Origin: Candidatus Wolfebacteria bacterium RIFCSPLOWO2_01_FULL_47_17b
Lineage (GTDB): Bacteria > Patescibacteriota > Minisyncoccia > UBA6257 > JAGOQP01
Assembly: GCA_001793865.1 (NCBI GenBank)
Contig: MGIS01000024.1
Coordinates: 21,525-85,524 of the forward strand
DNA length: 64,000 nucleotides
Direction of reading: 5' to 3'
A program made the position numbers and the translations under genes. Position 1 is the first letter of the stretch, and each line of letters starts with the position of its first letter. The notes under the pieces were generated by a model. It worked only from the letters and a program-made list of their open reading frames with translations. It was not told where the DNA came from and did no database searches. Below, piece by piece: positions 58,502 through 64,000 of the stretch.

Positions 58502-58640
58502 ATGAATCCCGTTAGAAGTTCTTGGCTGGAAAAATTTGTAAAATTTTTCTCGGCGCATACAATACGGGATATATTAATAAATAAAGTTTTCTAAAAATGA
58601 TTTCTGTATCATATAAGGATAAACTTCTAACGGGATGAAT
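58502..58640 (+). mobile_element. CCCGTTAGAAG-type mini-element on the clpP start codon
   Basis: ATGAAT-CCCGTTAGAAGTT...AACTTCTAACGGG-ATGAAT. Confidence 0.85.
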
Positions 58641-59225
58641 CTCGTACCAATGGTCATAGACAAGTCCCAGTTCGGTGAACGGGCATACGATATTTTTTCC
58701 CGCCTTTTGAAGGAGAGGATTATTTTTGTCGGCGGGCCGATCAGCGATGAAGTTGCCAATCTTGTGATTGCCCAGCTTCTGTTTTTGGACCATGAAGATC
58801 CGAAAAAAGATATTCAAATGTACATCAACAGCCCTGGGGGATCGGTTACGGCTGGGCTTGCTATCTATGATACGATGCAGCATGTGCGCCCCGATGTATC
58901 TACAATTAGCGTGGGGATCGCCGCCTCCATGGCATCGGTGCTTTTGGCGTCCGGCAAAAAAGGTAAGCGCTACGCATTACCCAATTCCGAGATTCTTTTG
59001 CATCAAGTGATGGTGGAAGGGATCGGTGGTCAGGCAAGTGAAATTGAAATCGGAGCCAAGCAAATTTTGAAACTTAAACAGCGGCTCAATGAGATGCTTG
59101 CAAAACACACGGGCCAAACGCTTACCAAGATCGAAAAAGACACCGATCGCGATTTTTATCTTACGGCGGATGAGGCCAAGGCATACGGCATCATTGATAG
59201 CATCATCAAGTCAAAAATAAAATAA
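58635..59225 (+). CDS. clpP: ATP-dependent Clp protease proteolytic subunit
   Basis: [37 protein letters not shown]. Confidence 0.98.
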   Translation: MNLVPMVIDKSQFGERAYDIFSRLLKERIIFVGGPISDEVANLVIAQLLFLDHEDPKKDIQMYINSPGGSVTAGLAIYDTMQHVRPDVSTISVGIAASMASVLLASGKKGKRYALPNSEILLHQVMVEGIGGQASEIEIGAKQILKLKQRLNEMLAKHTGQTLTKIEKDTDRDFYLTADEAKAYGIIDSIIKSKIK

Positions 59226-60241
59226 TGGCGAACATCGCCCTTTTTCACATATCCGGCTGGGAACGGGAATATCTGACAAAGAAGCTTACCGATGCGGGAC
59301 ATTCGGTAGATGTGTATGACCACTCCCTTGATGCAGAGCACCTCCCCGACAAGCGGGACTACGAGGTGCTTTCTGTTTTTGTGGGATCGGCGGTGACTCC
59401 GGATGTGATCGATGCGTTTGGGAGCGTAAAGCTGATCACAACCCGTTCGACTGGATACGATCATGTGGACATTGCACATGCTCGGCAGAAAGGGATTTCG
59501 GTGGGATACGTACCGCATTACGGCGAAAACACCGTCGCGGAGTTTGCGATGGGGCTTTTGCTTACGCTGTCCCGCAAGCTGTATCTGGGTATTGACCGCA
59601 TTAAGGAGACGGCGCAATTTTCATATGAAGGACTGGAAGGTTTTGATTTGAAAGGAAAGACCGTTGGCGTAATAGGAACGGGCAGGATCGGCAAGCATTT
59701 CATACAGATGCTGAAGGGATTTGATGCGCGGGTTGTGGCGTACGATGTGTATCCGAACAAAGAGCTTGCCGCGGAGCTTGGCTATACAATGGTCTCACTG
59801 GATGAGCTGTATGCCGCAAGCGACATTATTTCCCTGCATTGCCCCTGCACGCCCAAAACAACGCACTTGCTCAATAAAGAAGCATTTTCAAAGATGAAAA
59901 AAGGAGTTGTGCTTATAAATACAGCGCGCGGCGCGCTCATTCAGACCGAAGCGCTCGTGGCCGCCCTGCAGAACGGCACGGTGGCCGGCGCAGGGTTGGA
60001 CGTACTGGAGGAGGAGGGAGTTGCATCGGATGAAATGGGCTATGTTATGCACGGCGGAAGTTTGGACAAGGCCCGTACGATGCTTGCGAACCATATCCTT
60101 ATGGATCATCCCAATGTGGTCATCACGCCGCATAACGCGTTCAATACCAAAGAAGCAAAAACCCGCATTTTAGACGCTGATTTCGAAAACATCACTTCGT
60201 TTCTCACCTCCTCCGTCCCGGCCTTTCCGGTCAAGATTTAA
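59225..60241 (+). CDS. ldhA: D-lactate/D-2-hydroxyacid dehydrogenase
   Basis: TRSTGYDH, GVIGTGRIG, INTARG, GLDV, TPHNAF. Confidence 0.88.
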   Translation: MANIALFHISGWEREYLTKKLTDAGHSVDVYDHSLDAEHLPDKRDYEVLSVFVGSAVTPDVIDAFGSVKLITTRSTGYDHVDIAHARQKGISVGYVPHYGENTVAEFAMGLLLTLSRKLYLGIDRIKETAQFSYEGLEGFDLKGKTVGVIGTGRIGKHFIQMLKGFDARVVAYDVYPNKELAAELGYTMVSLDELYAASDIISLHCPCTPKTTHLLNKEAFSKMKKGVVLINTARGALIQTEALVAALQNGTVAGAGLDVLEEEGVASDEMGYVMHGGSLDKARTMLANHILMDHPNVVITPHNAFNTKEAKTRILDADFENITSFLTSSVPAFPVKI

Positions 60242-60277
60242 TCTTGCACGGTGTTGTTTGTGCAAGATTAAATCTTG
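60232..60277. repeat. REP doublet (CAAGATT-N-AATCTTG) downstream of RAYT-2
   Basis: Copies at 60232-60246 and 60263-60277. Confidence 0.85.
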
Positions 60278-60951
60278 GACATTTTTGAATACAAGGATTG
60301 AATTTCGTTTGCATTTGGGTTTTGAAGCCAATTCGTTATTTCTTTCTCATATTTATCTGGCCCATTAAAAAAATCCATAAGAAATTTTCTATTTGTAACA
60401 AGTGGGAAGTTTGGTGTTCCGATATAATCTAGATGGCTACTCCATCTATACCCACTCAAATACTCCATTGCTTTTCGGGGATTCTCAACGCCTCCATTCC
60501 TCCATTCTGGAAATTTTAAATCGAGAGGATTTAGGTGGATGTAATACGGTAGGTGGAGAAGGTGTGCGTCTTTTTTAACTTCCGCAGATTTATATGTCCC
60601 TTGAAACAGTGAGCCAGATCGTTCGTATTTTATGTTGAAATACATCGTGTATGCTATTCCTATCTTCTGCATGAATTTTTGAATTCCATCTTTCTTAATT
60701 TCTTGTAGCATAAGGTGGAAGTGGTTTGGCATCAGGCAAAAAGCAAGAATGTTCACTAAGGGACTTCCTTTTCTCTCCTTTTTTAGGTTTTCTTCGTCTA
60801 TGTCTTCTATTCTTCGTTTAGTATTTTTCTCTGATGTTTCTGTTGAATTGAATTCAAATAAATCTAGGACAAGTCGTATCCTATCTTTATCTTCTTGAAA
60901 TATGTTTCTTTTATCTACACCTCTGTTGTATATATGGAAGATTTTATTCAT
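60268..60951 (-). CDS. REP-associated tyrosine transposase (RAYT)
   Basis: FHIYNRG, AFCLMPNHFHL, RSGSLFQG, YIHLNP, YRWSS. Confidence 0.9.
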   Translation of the reverse strand: MNKIFHIYNRGVDKRNIFQEDKDRIRLVLDLFEFNSTETSEKNTKRRIEDIDEENLKKERKGSPLVNILAFCLMPNHFHLMLQEIKKDGIQKFMQKIGIAYTMYFNIKYERSGSLFQGTYKSAEVKKDAHLLHLPYYIHLNPLDLKFPEWRNGGVENPRKAMEYLSGYRWSSHLDYIGTPNFPLVTNRKFLMDFFNGPDKYEKEITNWLQNPNANEIQSLYSKMSKI

Positions 60952-60961
60952 TTTATTTTAA

Positions 60962-61006
60962 TTCAAGATTAAATCTTGCACATGATGTGCAAGATTTAAT
61001 CTTGAA
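60962..61006. repeat. REP doublet upstream of RAYT-2
   Basis: Perfect 21-bp inverted repeat TTCAAGATTAAATCTTGCACA-TGA-TGTGCAAGATTTAATCTTGAA. Confidence 0.88.
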
Positions 61007-61012
61007 CGCCGG

Positions 61013-64000
61013 CTATTCCTGGAAGTAATATCGGGTGGGGTCGGTTGCGGCGAGGTAGTAGGTTTGGCCGCCGGCGCTGGAAAAGCCGAGTACATAATAC
61101 GCGACGGTGAGGAAATCGTTTGGTGATAGTGTGCCAACCTGTTCTTTGATGAGGTCTATGTGGATCGAACTGGCGCCTACGCTGTTTGGATGAATATAGT
61201 TTTGATTAACGGGGCAAGATGCGGCGTTGTCGTTCAGCACAAGCGCGGGCGCGGTGGTTTGTTTGTTGTTGCATTTACGATATGAGACGGGCAGGGCGGA
61301 TGCGCGCATGTCTTCGCTCCACTCTGCATCAAGTGCTTGACCCCCTCCGACGTGGAATGAGCTCATTGTGGCTGGGTCGCTATTCAAGAAGAAGATGACA
61401 AGCTTGGCAGAGCCGCTTCCAGTATTTTGTGTGTATAGATCCGGTATAAAAGGATATGCATCATATTGCAGTTCAACAGTAGGGGATTCTTGGCTGGTGA
61501 ATAAGATATTTGATACATATGCGGGTATGTCGATATCCCCTTTGTATGAGACGCCGACCGTTGTTGCAGTTAGTGCGGTTGCGCGGATGGCGTAAGTTCG
61601 CCCAACTTCTGATATTTGGAAGCGGTAATAATCAACATCGGCTGTACCCATCTTGACAGGATTATCGGGATCGGATACATCTTCTATAAGATAGTGTTCA
61701 TTTTCCTGTAGTTCTCCTTGCCAGCTCGCGACAAGCGCAGGCGCGAACCGTTGCATGTCGCGTTCCTCTTCGGGCGTATCCTGTAAACTCGCGAGGTATT
61801 CAAGAGTAAGTGTTGACGTGTCTGTGGTCTCGTCTTCCCCAACTTCTTCCGGGGGACCACATATATTTATTTCTCCCGGTGTCGGAGCCCCTGGGCACCA
61901 CACACTTTCCGTAATCTGCAAAGAGTTTCCGGTTTCACTTGCTCCCCATGAAGAATCAAACTCCACTGAATCAATTTTTAAGTCACTGTTATACAAGGCA
62001 AGCGTGTCTGATTCGTTTTTTATGGAGCAGGATGGGCAGGAGCTTTGTAAAAGCATGCCCGAAAAGCCTGGAAATTCTTCCAGGAATCCATTTGTGTCAT
62101 ATGCGATGATCGCATATTCGCCTGGAGACAATACTGCGTCTCCTTGCGCTGGCGTTATCGTGTGTTTTGTACCCTCTTTCTCGGTATGTTTCCAGTTCAG
62201 CAGGTCGGCGTTAGTTGTATCTTCATTAAAAATTTCTATCCATTCCCGACCATTATCTGCTCCAATCGGGTCGTAATATATTTCGGTAATCGTAACCGCA
62301 GTAAATATGGGCGAGGGGCTTGGTGAGGTGGATGGGAACGGTGAGATGGTTGGGGATGCTGACGCGGCTGGTGAGGACGAAGGTGAGGGCGAAAGTGTTG
62401 GATCGGCGTCGTTTGCTTCACTCCCTCCTACCCCTCCGCCGGAGGATGATCCCCCAGTCTGTGATGGAGTAGAATTTGTCCTTTTAGGCGTGCCGTCGGT
62501 TATCGAGGATGTGTACCATACGCGGGTCGATTCATTACGCTCCATTGTTTTACGGCTCGAAGCATTTCCCGCTTGCCACTTTGTGTTTGTAAGTGCGTCT
62601 ATGATGCCGCATGCGGCATTGAACAGGTATAGTTTCTCTCCTTCATTTGCCAACGTGCCAGTATATATTATATCTGCTTTGATCCCCGGCATAGAAGTAT
62701 CATCCGTGCGCTCAAGCAGGGCATAGGCGTCTGCCTGGATTGTTATGCTTGGAAACGACATATCCACCGATCCGTCAGCTGTTTTTAGCCCCCAACCGGA
62801 AAGGTTTATGCTTGAGTTGGAGATATTTTTCAGCTCGATCCACTCGTTTGCCGCGCTTTTGGTTGTTCCCATCCATGCGATTTCGGTTATGAGAATTGGG
62901 GAATAGGTGGGTGTCGCGTTTGTTGGAATGGAGCAGGTGTTTGGTACGGGGGATGGTGACGGAGTTGGTTTAGGCGAGAGCGTTGCTTTTAGTGTTGGCG
63001 TTGGCTTTGGTGATGCTTTTGCTTGCGGTAAGCTTGTTGAAGCCGGAGATGTTTTTGGCGAGGAAGAGGGTCTATATGTTGGGGTGGGAGATTTTTGAGG
63101 TGCAACCTCCCCGGACCGAGGTTGAATATCGGTGACAGGCGATGTGACAATCTTAGGCGAACTTATAGGAATCGTAATAATCTGCTCATTATTCGACGAC
63201 CCTCCGCCGAAGATCGAATTGATTGTATTTTCGGCGAATTCAATTATTTGGCCTATAAATGTTTTCTTTTTGGTGAGGAATTCGGGATTATTTTTATTTT
63301 TCTCGGCTTCTTGAAAGAAGAGATCTATGACTCCCGCGCTGTATTCTATTGCTTTTTTTGAAAGCAGGTTCCAGTAGTCGTTCATTACGACATTGTTTTC
63401 TAGAGTAAAATCTTTTTTTGTTGTTATTAGAGCACTTGAACCACTTACCTGTGTATAGAGGTGAAGTTCTTTTCCAGATTCGTCTTTCCCTATTCCATAT
63501 AATAGATTTCCAATCTGTATTACATCGGTTGGTTGTGGTTTACTATAACCGCTTTGAATTCCGATCGTATCTTTGCTGTAGAAATTATTATTTGAATATA
63601 CAGCGAGATCGGTGAAGAATGAGTCAAGGTTGGGGAGTATTTTTGGCGTCAAGCCTGCGTTTCTGGGTGCGTTTGCGTAGTCGGGAGCGTCGGGATTGAA
63701 TCGCTTTGCGTAATTTTCATACGGACTTCCTTCGGGATGTGTATCGTTTCGGGTATGGTCTGGCACGGATGTGTCTTCCATAAGGTGCAGAATGTGCCCG
63801 AGGGTGAATAGCGCCATTTCTTTTTCACCTTGTATCCAGTATCTCAAGGCCTCGTTCCATGTAAAATCGGATGTGGGGAAGTACGGCTGTATTTTCCCAG
63901 ACTGCATAGCGGAAAGAACCGTGGCGATGACGGGTGAATACACAAAAGATGTTTGGTTCTTGGAATCTTGCGCCCAATCCTTTGATTTCTGCCAGTTTCC
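61013..64000 (-). CDS. Large surface protein: Zn-dependent phospholipase C/nuclease-like domain, Pro/Ser/Thr linkers, two lamin-tail domains (5'-truncated)
   Basis: Frame open to window edge; LGHILHLMEDTSVPDH; ITEIAW..EWIELKN and ITEIYY..EWIEIFN. Confidence 0.75.
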   Translation of the reverse strand, partial: GNWQKSKDWAQDSKNQTSFVYSPVIATVLSAMQSGKIQPYFPTSDFTWNEALRYWIQGEKEMALFTLGHILHLMEDTSVPDHTRNDTHPEGSPYENYAKRFNPDAPDYANAPRNAGLTPKILPNLDSFFTDLAVYSNNNFYSKDTIGIQSGYSKPQPTDVIQIGNLLYGIGKDESGKELHLYTQVSGSSALITTKKDFTLENNVVMNDYWNLLSKKAIEYSAGVIDLFFQEAEKNKNNPEFLTKKKTFIGQIIEFAENTINSIFGGGSSNNEQIITIPISSPKIVTSPVTDIQPRSGEVAPQKSPTPTYRPSSSPKTSPASTSLPQAKASPKPTPTLKATLSPKPTPSPSPVPNTCSIPTNATPTYSPILITEIAWMGTTKSAANEWIELKNISNSSINLSGWGLKTADGSVDMSFPSITIQADAYALLERTDDTSMPGIKADIIYTGTLANEGEKLYLFNAACGIIDALTNTKWQAGNASSRKTMERNESTRVWYTSSITDGTPKRTNSTPSQTGGSSSGGGVGGSEANDADPTLSPSPSSSPAASASPTISPFPSTSPSPSPIFTAVTITEIYYDPIGADNGREWIEIFNEDTTNADLLNWKHTEKEGTKHTITPAQGDAVLSPGEYAIIAYDTNGFLEEFPGFSGMLLQSSCPSCSIKNESDTLALYNSDLKIDSVEFDSSWGASETGNSLQITESVWCPGAPTPGEINICGPPEEVGEDETTDTSTLTLEYLASLQDTPEEERDMQRFAPALVASWQGELQENEHYLIEDVSDPDNPVKMGTADVDYYRFQISEVGRTYAIRATALTATTVGVSYKGDIDIPAYVSNILFTSQESPTVELQYDAYPFIPDLYTQNTGSGSAKLVIFFLNSDPATMSSFHVGGGQALDAEWSEDMRASALPVSYRKCNNKQTTAPALVLNDNAASCPVNQNYIHPNSVGASSIHIDLIKEQVGTLSPNDFLTVAYYVLGFSSAGGQTYYLAATDPTRYYFQE

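Noticed and set aside
62290-63090. Pro/Ser/Thr repeats as DNA repeat elements
   Set aside because: Codon-level degenerate protein linkers, not nucleotide-periodic.
1-64000. Alternative genetic code (TGA recoding)
   Set aside because: Core genes are full length in code 11 and several end in TGA with ATGA coupling.

Overview
Chromosomal window spanning the replication origin of a small-genome bacterium. Gene content and architecture fit Patescibacteria/CPR, Parcubacteria-like (inference). It contains PBP1A, dnaN-oriC-dnaA, rpmH-rnpA-yidC-jag, polA, nagZ, comM, pcrA, rsmA, a PrgI/VirB4/VirB6/pilin type IV secretion-like cluster, pyrG, metG, holA, rpsT, ruvA, murE, rnj, tRNA-Leu(CAG), secG, nusA, clpP and ldhA. 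A complete diversity-generating retroelement (type IV pilin-CLec target, hairpin, avd, TR, RT) lies at 47-50 kb. Its VR carries a +1 frameshift and its RT carries a G12 tract. The most unusual signal is a set of distinct palindromic element families. (i) A CCCGTTAGAAG...CTTCTAACGGG mini-element duplicates an RTGRA target. It sits in-frame in polA and exactly on the start codons of clpP and the gene at 19909, where its own uORF stop overlaps the duplicated start. (ii) Two unrelated hairpin families each occur both filled with an Avd-like four-helix-bundle gene and empty. (iii) 32-42 bp palindromes bracket a PaaX/Cas2-like gene. (iv) Two RAYT transposases have cognate REPs, and related orphan REP doublets are translated in-frame in several proteins. 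All calls are by eye; no database searches were run.
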